A stretch of 64,000 nucleotides of DNA from Macrostomum lignano (Eukaryota), in the NCBI GenBank assembly GCA_002269645.1, contig NIVC01001391.1, positions 1 to 64,000 of the forward strand. Direction: 5' to 3'. Shown in pieces: positions 1 through 12,785 of this stretch (the stretch's first letter is position 1; each line of letters starts with the position of its first letter). Position numbers and translations under genes: made by a program. Below the pieces are notes generated by a model. The model saw only the letters and a list, made by a program, of their open reading frames with translations. It did no database searches and was not told the origin of the DNA.

Positions 1-360
1 ATAGAGATCACATGCTCTGCTATTAGAAGCCCTGTACATTAAGACCAAACAGCCCACGTTAAATAACCAGCTTGCGATGGGTGGGGCCAGCCGTCAACTC
101 AGAATTTTTTAGCTGATTTGTCAATGACCGGACTGGCTTGAAACTGATATGCACTTTACCAACCAATACTGTATCAAAAAATTGACTACTATGTACAAGT
201 TTTAAATCATCAATTAAAAACTCAATTCAATACTCTTGTTACTCTCAACTATCTGTATATACTGAATATTCGTTCAAATTGTTTCTTAAATAAAAAGACC
301 CTGACGATGTCCTAATGCAAATAGACGAAATGCATCGCAATAAAACTAAATAAATACAAT
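1..360 (+). mobile_element. Probable 3' end of a decayed Penelope-like retroelement (GIY-YIG C-terminus plus 3' UTR)
   Basis: Frame 2, 5-112, reads RSHALLLEALYIKTKQPTLNNQ, matching the LEAxxIxxxxPxLNxQ tail of PLE GIY-YIG endonucleases. An in-frame TAG at 2-4 suggests decay. A hammerhead-like core follows at 301-336, then AATAAA-rich sequence. Confidence 0.6.
301..337 (+). ncRNA. Minimal type I hammerhead-ribozyme-like motif
   Basis: CTGACGA (301-307), extra T, stem II GTC..GAC (309-326), GAAA (327-330), palindromic stem III ATGCAT and an NUH triplet ATC. Stem I pairing is poor. Confidence 0.45.
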
Positions 361-2908
361 TTATGTTGATTCTTACTTTTTATAAGATTCTTATGTTTAT
401 TCCGAACTGGAACTTCAAGTTACACATCAGACTGTCAAATCCTTTCTTGTATTTTTTGTTTTTTTGCTTCTTTTCGCTGATATATCGGCAAGAGTGGAGC
501 TTTAAATTATGCAATTTTCCAATAGTAAGCTTACGGAAAACATAAATAGCTTGCAGCAGAAGTTGCAGAAAAACCATTTGATTATTGATGCAGGGGAGTT
601 CAGGCTCGATGAAATCGAAGGAAAAAGAGCCAGGCTTCTGACAATGCTTTGAAGGGGCTGCTTTGAACAGCCCCTTGTCATTGTTGAGATCCAGCAGCCC
701 GTGCTGCTTCCACTTTGCTTACTCATTTTCCATTCTCAGCCCAGCAACAGTTGGACAGAATGCGATTTAGGGTGGGTTCAAGCAAGAATGCCCTTGAGGT
801 CGTGCGGAGACGTCTTGTTGAGCTTCTTTTTCATTTTTTACCGCCTGAAGATTGAAAGAATAGGCTGAATGCCGCACTCTCCAATCCCTATATCGGCTCC
901 TCTGTTGAAATATATTTTTTTAGTTAAAGTTGACTGACTACTCTCGTACACATAAATAAAAGTTCTAGGGTTTTGGATTCTCAAGTATTTTTCTACTGTC
1001 TTTTCAAACTCCATAATTTGAAATATATATAGGCAAAAATCTACTTAAAAATTGTGGTAAACTGCATAAAAACCTTGAACTTCTAAAGCCTTTTTGATAG
1101 TTCAGTATCGTCTAATGCGCAAAATTAGCTTTGTTAAAGCACCTTCAAGTTAGAAAGATGAGATGCTGCGGTCGGCAGGTGGTTGCTAAGGAGAGTTCAG
1201 TCTCAGCTCTGAATCAGCCAGTCCCCCACCCCAAAAAGCTCAAAGCCAACTCTTATAGAAGTTGGAGAAGACTCTCAGCCGAAGGGAAATCCTACCTGCT
1301 TATTTACTTATTCAGGTAAGAGTTTCTGCCGCTCTTCCCAGCAGCACTTCAAACACAGCAAAATGCAGCCACGTATAACAAAACTGAACGGCAGCTCTAG
1401 GATGCCTTCTATGAATGACTCTTTAGCTTCAGTAGTCTGCTTGCTGTTTGCTTTCACTTTGCAAGTCATTTTCCATTCTGGAGTGCTGGCTGGGCTTCCT
1501 GCCGCTCATCTTTTGCAGAGAAAGTAAAAAAACCTAGTAGACAATGTAAAGTTGGTAGTTTAGGCGACATTGTCACACAACCGGCGAGAGGCATTGCAGC
1601 CCATTCCGCCGACTCCCCTGAGCAGGCACACAAACGCAAGGATACGTACGCAGTCATACGCACAGGCACACACTCACACAGGAGTGTACAGCGGCCCTAA
1701 CTTCATTTAATCGTTAGGCTTGTACACTTCGATCACTGTGCCTTGGGGGTTGGCTCAAGGGGGTTGGGCGTTAATTGCAGGAGCAGGGTCAAGCCGGTAT
1801 TCTAATTTAGCTCCAAATTAATTTGACCGCACTTAAATCGAGCCTGAGCCGCTAGTACATGAGAGCCCCTTTACCCATGGAGTTCGTAAGGTGATTAGTT
1901 AGACTGATTTCAGATTTATTCAGTCAAATTTAGAATTAAAAAGTGCAAGTATATTGTCTAATTTACACATTTACACTAGGCGTGCTTCGTGGGCCTTAGT
2001 GTAAGGTGTGTTAACCACTCCCTTGCGCCCTGCCCTCCTCTCCGGCCCCTCCGGAAATCAATTGTTTGATTTTTATTTGGCCTTGTGTGTGCAGTTGCTC
2101 TGACTTTTATTTGTCTGAGTCGCCTTCCTTGCTCGTCGCTGCTTAGTGCTTGCTGCCATCCCGCCGCCTTTGCTTTCTGGTGGTGTGGTCGCGGGTCAAG
2201 TTTACACTCAGCCACAGCTAACTCTCCTGGCGCGGCGCGGCGAGGCTGTCGCTCAGCAGAGTTGCGCAACAGCCACTGCGCCTCAGCAGTAGGCTGCAGC
2301 AGTAAAGTGCATCGTATCACAAAAAGTACACATGTAGACAGTCTCTCACTCGATGTCAGTAGCGCGTGTACGCCCTAGCACAATAGCTAACCAGCCGCAC
2401 ATCCCATGCATGTACTGTTGTTAAGCGCCTGTAACAATGGACTAAAACTGCTGTACAATTTGTCCTGTGTCAATGCGTAGATGCTGAATGCATGTATCAA
2501 TCTGAAAAATGTCTTTATTTACATGTGTTGTACATGCGTTGATAAATAAGATAAAATGCGTCTCTGTCCATACCTGTGTCACTTTCTGGCCTAAAGTCAG
2601 AGATCGTCTACTAAATAGTAGCAAGGAAATAATATGAAGTTAATCTATTGCAGAGAGTGTTTGATAGTTAAATAGAATTTCAAAAGTGTGTCCGGAGGTG
2701 AGGTCCCAGCTCAACGGTTTAAGACCAGCAGAGAAAAGACTCAGAAATATCAAATGTACCAATAGTATTGCCTTTCTGCACGAAGAAGGTCTATGGTACG
2801 ATATAGCTATTCCCATCCGATTTGCTCATGTCCGTGAGCTAAAGGTCCGTGGATTGCAATGTGAATCGGACACGAGATTCGTTTCTTGGCCCGCTGGATA
2901 AATGGTAT

Positions 2909-3215
2909 ATATTCCCCATTTATACCAGTGCTAGGGCAATAAATGCTTGAGTGACTTGTTTATTGACCGAGGCGAAGCCGAGCTAGGTCAATAAGCCACA
3001 CGAAAGCATTTTTGCCCTAGACACTTGATATTAATGGGGAATATGTGATGTATCCACCACTTGTCCTGGGAACATCTATGGTCTCAGTGTAAATTTCATT
3101 TATTGGCATCGAAAGAGCAGTTGCACAGTGAAATAAACCGTTTATTTGCACCGATGTAAATAAATGAAATTTACACTGAGACCATAGACGTTCGCCAGGG
3201 GCAAGTGGGGTATAC
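2909..3215. mobile_element. Two abutting palindromic (MITE-like) hairpins
   Basis: Hairpin 1 at 2909-3044 (ATATTCCCCATT..AATGGGGAATAT, centre CGAGGCGAAGCCGAG). Hairpin 2 at 3050-3215 has a perfect 30-bp arm pair, 3075-3104 and 3159-3188. Confidence 0.7.
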
Positions 3216-3849
3216 GAGCGTACATGTTAGAATCTGTGGTCTAATGAATCATTTTCGAGTCTATGGTCAAGGTTTGAATTCCAAGAAACATATTTAGGGC
3301 CGTGTTTCAATATTTTTATGCGTTTTTGTCATTCTTCTGACATGAAGAATGACAATGAAAAAATTGTCATGCTTCTGCTCTACATAAATCCATACTTGGT
3401 GGTGATATGCACGGCTTGCTTCTCGAAGAACTGGACTTTCTTTCTTGGTTGGCAAAGGCAGAATAATAGACCAATGGACTGGACTGGATTACCGGTTCTT
3501 GGCGTTGGATGCAGCTACATGTACGTATACGCTTTGGATTCAGAATTGCACAATTTGCTTGAAGATCTTGCCGATTTCGGACCTGAACTATCGACTGAAC
3601 AGAAGTAACCGTCTTTTCCACCCCTGGTACCCATCGTGTCAGAAGCCACAGCAGGAGCCGTGACAGGCGAGCCTTAACAGCTGGTCGGGCCCTTTCACAA
3701 CTGTTCCTTCAACTTCTACTTGAAGTGATAGACAAACTCGTCAAGAAGAGTTAGCTGAATTCAAGTGACAGGAGAGACAGAGGCATGTCTTTTTTTTAGC
3801 ACCATTATTATTCAGTGTTACCGCAGCTTGTTGCAATCTTCCTGTCGTC

Positions 3850-4210
3850 CAGTCTTCCAGTCTGCCGACCTTCTGATCTGCGTTCTTTCAGTCTTCCGAT
3901 CTTCCGGTCCTTCAGTATTACCGGATTCTCTGGTCTTCCTGTCTACCACTCCTCCCATCTTCCAGTTTCAGAGTCTTCCCATCTTCCAGTCTTCCGAACT
4001 TCTAATCATCGCCGTCCGGTCTTCCAGTCCTCCGATCTTTTGGCTTTTCAGTCTTCCAGTCTTCCAGTCTGCCGACTTCTGATCAGCGTTCTTCCAGTCT
4101 TCCGATCTTCCGGTCCTTCAGTATTCGGGATCCTCTGGTCTTCCTGTCTACCCCTCTTCTTACTTTCCAGTCTTCCAGTATTGCGATTTTAGTCTTCCAG
4201 TATTCCAGTT
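3850..4210. repeat. Degenerate TCTTCCAG-based low-complexity repeat
   Basis: Many TCTTCCAG/TCTTCCGA words in tandem. Confidence 0.75.
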
Positions 4211-5428
4211 TTTCTCACTGTTTTCGTCTAATTCTAACAGTCGTTATAAAAAAATTCTTGTTGCCTATGGTCCAATATACTGCTAATACCGAAGATTGAA
4301 AATTTTTATAACATTTCTGCCTGGTAAATCGGGTGGGATTTGAGTTTTCGCAAGCTTTTAAAAAAATGGAATCGGATCAAAATTTAACGTGAAAGGGCGA
4401 ATAATTCAGGACGGGAAACTAAAATCATGGTGAAAAATGTACGACACTCGTTTCAAAGCATTACGCTCGTATCTATGGCTAAGCCTTATACAAATCAACA
4501 TGTTTTATTTTCTCATCATCTGCTTACATAACAGAAAGACTTTCAAACTCGCTGGCTTTTAAAGACCCGATTATAGGCGTGAGGCTCACCTCTCAAACTC
4601 GCAGTACTGAATATATTATTCAAGGCAGTCTATCTTTTAATCAACAAGAACGCATAGGCACAATGCAAAGCAATGAATTGTTTGAGCGGGGTGGAGCTCA
4701 CGCAGTTTCTCTCTGTGCCTCTGTTATTCAATCATCAACCCTGCAGGCTGCTGGCTTTTCTCTCAAACCTCAGCTTCGTTATTGTCATTTGGGCATTGAG
4801 GTTGGCTAGTCTAAAGCTGGTCTGTTTGGATAGCTGAGGTCGATACAAGTAGAGGTTGTTGTTTTTCGTTCCAATGTTCCAGTGCTTTTCCAGTGCTTAC
4901 ACAAATATAAAGCCCTTTGGGGTTTAACCTTTAACTGAACAGAACGCTACACACGCAGATGTAAATGAAGCGTCGTTGCGCACGAATGCCTAGAGAATGC
5001 AGCGCGTTTATGAGTAGTAAAAAGTCCTTGATCTACACTAAGTTTTTAAACCCCAACGACTCAGCCATTCGGATGAGACTGTTTTCAATTGGCGTCTCCA
5101 TGATAGTAACTCTGTGGGCGGCGTGGCTTATACATTTAATAAAAGGATTGTTGGGTGAAAATGGTATGTCAAAGCACAATAAGTAGTGAATAATGTGCTT
5201 AAATTATCTATACTGCTACAGAATTCCTGCCCCGGTTAGTGTACTGGGCCCTCTGTATACCTTGACAGAAAACAGCACTGCAGATTGTTTTAGCCGAAAC
5301 CGGATGATATTGTTTTCATAATTTTTATGGGCGGAAACCTCCGTCAGGTCAAAATTTTTATATAAAAAAGCTCTCCGCCAAGGTGGGTCCAGGATTTGCC
5401 CGTGAGTATCATCTAACAGTGAGGTGTA

Positions 5429-8400
5429 ATGGGTTGCTACCCAAGCCGATCGACGCCGCACAGTTCCAACGGCCTCGAAACTCCGAGAGTTCAGATTGTC
5501 ATCAATGTTGAAGCACAGAAAGAGCCGATAGGACCAGGATCATTAGGTCGCGAGAATTCACCTGTCAACATTTCTTGCTACGTTAATGAAGATCCTCAGA
5601 ATGAGTATCGACGACAACCGAGCTTCAGTCGGACAATCAAAGGAGGTACGAATTATGAAAATCATGAGCAGTCGACTCAACAAAACTATGGCGATACTTT
5701 CAAGTCTAGAGGTTTGAGAAAAAATAAAGTGCAACCTCTTCCACTGTCAGAAAAGGACTCTACATGTACAAGCTATTCTAGTGAAGAGGCGTGGAAACAA
5801 AAAACCCTCCAACATAAAAATAAACGAAAGCCTTTGAAATCAAAACAAAACAAGGTGCGACCTGTTGCCGATACGGATCAAGTGCATCCGAGTCCACCGA
5901 CCACTGATGAAAAGGCTTCAGATTCAGCTACGGATCAAGTGCATCCGAGTCCACCGACCACTGATGAAAAGCCCGCTCAATCAGCTACGGATCAAGTGCA
6001 TCCGAGTCCACCGACCACTGATGAAAAGCCCGCTCAATCAGCTACGGATCAAGTGCATCCGAGTCCACCGACCACTGATGAAAAGGCTTCAGATTCAGCT
6101 ACGGATCAAGTGCATCCGAGTCCACCGACCACTGAAGAAAAGGCTTCAGATTCAGCTACGGATCAAGTGCATCCGAGTCCACCGACCACTGAAGAAAAGC
6201 CCTCTGATTCAGCTACGGATCAAGTGCATCCGAGTCCGCCGACCACTGAAGAAAAGGCTTCAGATTCAGCTACGGATCAAGTGCATCCGAGTCCACCGAC
6301 CACTGATGAAAAGCCCGCTCAATCAGCTACGGATCAAGTGCATCCGAGTCCACCGACCACTGAAGAAAAGCCCTCTGATTCAGCTACGGATCAAGTGCAT
6401 CCGAGTCCACCGACCACTGAAGAAAAGCCCTCTGATCCAGCTATGGATCAAGTGCATCCGAGTCCGCCGACCACTGAAGAAAAGCCCTCTGATCCAGCTA
6501 TGGATCAAGCGCATCCGAGTCCGCCGACCACTGAAGAAAAGCCCTCTAATTCAGCTGAAACGACGACCAATCAGTTTGAAAACTCGGCCCAGTCAACTGA
6601 CAAGAAAAAAATGTCGATTGATTTTGAAGCTTTTCAAATAATCGACTCACATGTTTTTGTGGTAACGTTTTGTTTTTTTTGAATCATATTCTACCCAAAT
6701 ATGTTGTCTTTGCAAAATTCTTTCCTCGTTTAACAGACTCCAGGACATGCCACAACGTCACTGGAGTCATTGGCTGCTCACCTGTGCGAAGTTGCAAAAA
6801 CCGACATCGAAAAAGTTCGAGCTGCTTATAAATGGATTACAAGAAACATTTCGTAAGCTTTTTTATTTTATTTGTAATTAAAAAGACAACTTATCGATAC
6901 TCCACTGCACAATCAGCAATATAGAATACACCCAAAACAATCAGATACGACGTAAAGTCTCTTTCGGACTTTGAACAGCGTCTTCCCAATGATCCTGAGT
7001 CAGTGCTGAAAAACCGAGTATGCGTCTGTGAGGGCTACGCACGCTTAATGCAAAAGCTTTGCGAGTGAGTTAAGATTTCATAACTTTTTACGTAAATATT
7101 TCTCAGCGCTTCAGGCAATGCTACTGAAGATTGCTGATCTGGTTCATTTTCAAATATTTTTAGTCAAAATCCAACCCTTGTAAAATGTTTTTCATTCTAG
7201 GCTTATGGGAATCGAGTGCGAGGTAATAATAGGCTACTCGAAGGGAGACAGCAGCGACTCTGCCAACTTCAAATTAAAAGAGCTCCATGCCTGGAACGCT
7301 GTGAAGATAGACAAGCAATGGAAGTTCATAGAGAGCACCTGGGGTGCAGGGTACGTTGAAAACAACTCAAATTTTATAAGAAATGAGACTGACTTCTTTT
7401 TCTTGACCGACCCGGAAATATTTATTGAGGATCACCTGCCATGTATGGAATCAAACCCTGAAGCTAGCAAGAAATGGCAACTGCTCAACGAGCCAATTGA
7501 ATTTCTCTCCTTCATCGAACGACCAAGTCGAAGAAGAGGCTGCTTCGAGCACAATGTCGAGCTTGTTTCCCACACCAAAAAGGCATCGATTGAAGTGAAT
7601 GGAGAGGTGACCCTTAAATTCAGAGGAACGGGCAAGCCACTCACAGTTTTTAAAGCCAAATTCGTAGATCCCAACACAGGAACCAGAATTAGTAGTGGAA
7701 AGTACATCGCGACTGTTTTAAACCGCGCAACGAACGAAGCCACGGTAACAGCGAGGCCACCGGACTGCGAAAACGAGTATGAGCTGCAGGTATTCGGGAC
7801 CACCATCGAGAACGCCTCGAAAAGTGACTGCCTGGTGTCCTATAAGCTGCGCTCTCTTGCCTTCTCGCGCCGCTCCGACTTTCCAGACTTTGACGGCCAC
7901 TATGGAATCGATCAGGATCCGCGGAATTTTGGATATCCAAGTGACTTCTGCTCGAATCAGAAATTTTGGATCCGAGTAGAGAGCAGCGAATACGAGCTCA
8001 AGATCCCACTGTCGATTCGAACTAGTGCATCAGCTACAATTAAATTCGCAGGTGACTCGGAGCCTGATAAGAAGTTGTGTGTGCTTGAGATCACCAACGA
8101 TTTTCTGACGGTGCACTTGCGACTCACCCGTGTTGGCTTCTACATCCTCACAGTCTTCTTCAGAGAAGCCGATGCAGATGATTCTGAAAAGCATCTTGCG
8201 ACTCGCTTTCTCATCGAGTGCCCAAAGCTTCGGCGCGACGCTGGAACAAGAGAATTTCCAGATTCAAACGACCACTACGGCTTCATCCACAGTCCTGAAG
8301 CGTTCGGCTTTGAAATACCCAGGGAACAGAAATTCTATATGAAGCCGGAGCAAGGCAAGCACGAAATCGTGTTTCCTTTGTCGCGTCCACTGAAAGGGGC

Positions 8401-9655
8401 CGCATCAACTCAAGTCACATTCAGCACTAGGGGTGAGCCCGCCGAAAAATCGTCTTGCATTCTTCAAGTCACAAGTAAGGCGGTCATCATCAGCTTGCTA
8501 ATGGAACGCTCCGGGTTTTACACAGTAGTGCTGTATTGCGACGACTTCGGTTACAAAAAACCTGTGGCACGATTTCTCATCGAATGCACCAATCCACTGC
8601 TCAAAACCAGGCGCCTGCCCACTTCCGGAGAGTATGAGTTCTATGGGATCTACAATGATCCAGAGAGGTTCGGATTTGAAAGTGATTTTAAAGAGACTTC
8701 CAGTTTTTGGCTCAAGCCGGAAGGCGGTCAGTATGAAATGAGATTTCCCATCCAACCTGATTTCGCTCCCAAGGCATCGGTCAAGATGAAGTTTTCAGGC
8801 GAGGATGAGCCGGAAAAACAGTCGTGCGCACTGGAAGTCACCGACAAGTTCGTGTCAATCAGCTTGCTGATGAAGCACGCAGGATTTTATGAGCTGAAGC
8901 TGTTCTGCAGCGACGACGGTTTCATCAAACCTGTGGCCCGATACTTGCTTGAATGCACAAAGCCGCTGCGTGACCCTTGGAAATTTCCAGAGCTCAAAGA
9001 ACGCGAGTATTTTGGTCTGTATTCAAATCCGCAGAGATTTGGCTTTAGCAAAGATTTCGGTACCGACCGCAGGTTTCACATCAAGGCTGAAGCAGGTGAG
9101 CACGAGCTCAGGTTGCCAGTGGCTCGAAGCGTTTTTGCACAAACAAATTTTATGTCAGGGGAAAGCGGCGCCAACAATAACGACATGAGTTTTGTCGAGA
9201 TCGATGGCGACTTCATGAGGATTAGCCTGCGAATGTTCGAAGCCGGCTTTCACAAGCTTGAACTATACTGCGAGAAAATCGGCACGAGAAAGGAAAATTC
9301 TAGTGGGGGGACCAGCTATCATACCGAAAGAGTGGCCATCTTTTTAATCGAGTGCTTCAACCCGATGGAGAAGCGGCGTCCGTTTCCTGCTTGGCATCTT
9401 GGAGCCACTGACGAAAGAGTGCTGCTGCTGGAACCGCGTGATGGAGAGCTGCCGAGAAACACGGAGGTTGAGATCAGGCTGGCCTCCCCCAGCCTCAGAA
9501 AGGCGACGGTAAATGGCACAACTTTTGAAAAGAATGGCGAGCAGTTCAGTGCGAGAGTGAAAACCGGATTTAAAACCGAAGCTGTTAACGTATTCGGATC
9601 TTCAAACGTGAATGCTGCTTCCCTGCCAGCGGTGTATACCTTCAAGGTGTTGTAA
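5429..9655 (+). CDS. KY: KY/hillarin-family transglutaminase-like peptidase, paralog 1 (about 1307 aa)
   Basis: Exons 5429-6661, 6737-6852, 6945-7064 and 7201-9655, all GT-AG with consistent phases. Motifs DIEKVRAAYKWIT, VCEGYA (Cys), GYSKG, HAWNAV (His), FIESTWGAG (Asp site is Glu), F.EDHLP and WQLL. MGC N-terminus, 12 x 19-aa repeat, and five C-terminal repeats of about 120 aa. The symbol is family-level, not orthology. Confidence 0.88.
5868..6550 (+). repeat. Coding 57-bp tandem repeat x12 (ATDQVHPSPPTTDEKxxxS)
   Basis: Twelve DQ[V/A]HPSPP units, in frame within exon 1 of KY paralog 1. Confidence 0.95.
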
Positions 9656-10765
9656 CTAGTTCAATCAAGCTGATAAAACGTGACAATAATGTTGAAGATG
9701 AGTTATTGCATGGGATTTAATGTTTATTTAAATTTTTTTAATGTTTATTCAGCTGTATGCAGTAAAAAGAAGTCCATGCAGTACGTGCATGCAGTACACT
9801 ACTTTTCTTTCGAATGGCGAAAATCCTAAAGAAGTCTTGGGTAACTTGGGTAACTTTGTATCTTTATCCTCCTTTATTTATCCGGAAAAGCTTTTCTAAC
9901 AACCCCTGCGTTCAAATTCAGTTCGGACTAATTTCTATTAATCCCAGTTTTTACGACTATATTCAGAGATCAAAAGTTATATTTATTCTGAAGCACTAGT
10001 TTAACGTTACAGTACTTAATCTTCATATCTTGGATTTTTTGTGCCTAACAAAACAAAACAAAACAATTTAAAGTTATCTACCAATTTACTGATGCTGGTA
10101 CACAACAGAAACCCAAAAATTGTTTTAAATTTTCTGCGAATATATTCTTTAAATATACTTACTGCCTTATTCCAGAATTACTAAAGAAAATTGTCAGGTT
10201 CCTGGGGGACACAGGACGAATTTGTTTCTTTCTTTAATTCAGTTCGCTAAAAGTTCGTCAAGGTTACTCAACGAGTCCGCATGTGCCCAAAGCCCTCCCT
10301 CACACTGACACTCCCTCACATCGGATAAGTTCAAAACTCAACAGTTCCGTCATTGTGAACACTTGTAAGTTTCTGTCTGTAGAGTTTCAGCTCCAACTGA
10401 TACTGCTATGCCGTACTATAAAGACTGAAAGTTGGGATAAATTTGCATTGTCAGCCTTTCCAGTACGGTATACTGTTGCAATATCAGTTGGAGCTGAAAC
10501 TTTACAGATAAAAACCATCGAAAATACCGCCAATATTTAGTAAGCTTTTTAAACACTTTATGACGATTGTAGAATTCCCAAGCTTTACAGTCCCCAACTT
10601 CACAATCCCTAAACTGAACAATCCCAAACTACATAATTCAAAACTTCGAAGTCCCCAAACTTCAATCCCAAGCTTCAAAATCCTCAAACTTGACAATCCC
10701 AAACTTAATCATCTCCAGACTTAAATCAACGAAGTTCCAAATTTCACAATCCGTGCGTGTTTTAA

Positions 10766-11470
10766 CCAAGGACGACTTAAGTAGAAGGACGGGAAACCTC
10801 GTTTCTTAGAAAATTTTTGAAGGCACTTTTTCCCGAAAAAATACACTACGGAGATAGGAAATTTTCATTTTTTCAGCACAAAAATTGCTATTACTTTTGA
10901 TAGGAGGCAGATCCAGTGCTCATCTTTTGATATGTTATGCCTTTTTTATTTCTCTATCGATATTTATAAAGCTTTTCGTTCAGGAAATTAGGATTCTATG
11001 TAAATTTTTTATTTTCCGTATATTTTCACGTGTCTTGTGATTGAAATACATTAGAATGCCACGGCACGGCTCTTTGGTTTTAGAAGTCTACCGTATTTTA
11101 TCATTCTTACCCGACTGTTTAGCAAATATTCGTAACAGAGATGATAAAATAGATTCATAAAAGCAAATATTGGAGCTGTGTCATGCATTTTTGTGATTTT
11201 TAAATACAGGAAATGTACGTAGAATAAAAAATTTACATAGAATCCAAATTTTCTGAACGAAAAGCTTTATAAATATCGATAGAGAAATAAAAAAGGCATA
11301 ACATATCAAAAGATGAGCACTGGATCTGCCTCCTATCAAAAGTAATAGCAATTTTTGTGCTGAAAAAATGAAAATTTCCTATCTCCGTAGTGTATTTTTT
11401 CGGGAAAAAGTGCCTTCAAAAATTTTCTAAGAAACGAGGTTTCCCGTCCTTCTACTTAAGTCGTCCTTGG
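10766..11470. mobile_element. Non-autonomous foldback/MITE-like DNA element with about 255-bp near-perfect terminal inverted repeats
   Basis: Arm 10766-11020 is the reverse complement of 11216-11470, around a spacer of about 195 bp. Ends are TTAA|CCAAGG and CCTTGG|TTTTAA. No ORF. Confidence 0.85.
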
Positions 11471-11500
11471 TTTTAACTCGTGTTTGTTACTGTGTTAGAA

Positions 11501-11606
11501 ACGCAGTTGTCTATGGTTTGAATGCATTAAACAACGCGCGGGCTGCGTGAACAAAAAGCAGGTCAGTGTATAAGAGACGCAGTGTCTGGACCATAGACAA
11601 CTGCGT
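11501..11606. mobile_element. Small hairpin/MITE-like element
   Basis: 17-bp inverted repeats ACGCAGTTGTCTATGGT and ACCATAGACAACTGCGT. Confidence 0.6.
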
Positions 11607-12417
11607 CGATTACGCTGACCAAAATAAATGAAAGTACGACGTATATTTACTTATTCAAGACGCAAGTAACCAATTTTAGAAACAGAGCAAATTCAACACC
11701 GTTTATAGAAAGTAAAACTCACAATGTAAATCTGTGATTCCGTCAGTCATGTCCCTAGCTACGAAACACACAGTTAAACACATCACAGCATAACTTGAAC
11801 AAATTCAATCAAACGATATGGTGCTGCAGATTCAAGGGCATCGGGTAGCGGTGGGGCTACTTACAGCAAGGGCTTTAGACACAATACCGCAACACAACAC
11901 CAGTGACGGAAAGGAGTGGATTGAAAACTGTTCAATATTGATTAGGAGTTTTCAAAAATGAACCGGACTTTTGGGGTACACAAACCATAGAGTGTCAGTT
12001 TTGAAGCAACTCTGTCAAAATAGAATCGGACTTTGCAGCCCAACCAGTCAGGCTATTTTAGTTTGTGTGTGTAAAATGATGGAGAAAAATATTTTTTATC
12101 AATACTTGTACGAGTAGATCCCAAAAGCAAGGTCAGAATGAGCTGATTTTGCACACATAAATTCAGCCCCGTTCAGGTTTGCATTGGATTACTTTGTTAC
12201 CGAATTCTCCCAGGAGACGTTGACTAAACGTGCATTGTCAAAATTGAACCAGAGTTGGTCAAAATTGAAGCTTGATCTGTCAATATTGATTGCAGATTTT
12301 GAGTGCCCGACCATAGAGTGTCAATATTGAAGAGGAGTTTGTCAGTTTCGAAGTTCTCCTTGTTCAAAATCGAGGGTAAAATGGTGTATTATCTGCTCCT
12401 GTTGGCTGCAGGCTCGA

Positions 12418-12785
12418 TCCGGCGAGTTGGAGCTGCGGCTTCTGTTCTTGTGGACTAAAATTTTTGATCGCCTCTGGGCAGACGATGCAGGAGTTTTGTC
12501 TTCCAGAACTGGCTGGCAACCGTCTTGTGCTCAGCGTACTGATGGTCGAGTCTGGTTTCCACAAGCTTTATTTGTTAAAAAAGTTCAAGTGGGACTTCCT
12601 GGCCAACTTCCTCATTGAGTACCTGCAGCCGATGAAGCAGCCGGTGCAGTACCCGATCTGCTTCACGGCTGCTCAAACTGAGCACGTGAGGCTGGAGCGG
12701 CTGCGAGTTGGCGAGCTGCCAGCCGACTCGGATGTTCAGATCCGGATGAGCTGCAGGTTGAAAAAGGCTTCAGAGGCCTGTAAAA
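12418..12785 (+). pseudogene. Fragment of a third KY-like paralog (last repeat plus terminal domain)
   Basis: SGELELRL, then a frameshift into ..LVLSVLMVESGFHKLYL..LANFLIEYLQPMKQPVQYP..GELPADSDVQIRM. This aligns by eye with paralog 1 AGEHELRL..MFEAGFHKLEL..AIFLIECFNPMEKRRPFP..GELPRNTEVEIRL. No upstream exons found. Confidence 0.7.

Noticed and set aside
380-2900. Short ORFs and exon-like stretches at 380-860, 1466-1669, 1976-2378 and 2686-2901
   Set aside because: No recognisable domain, stops in all frames across 540-860, and no consistent splice chain could be built.
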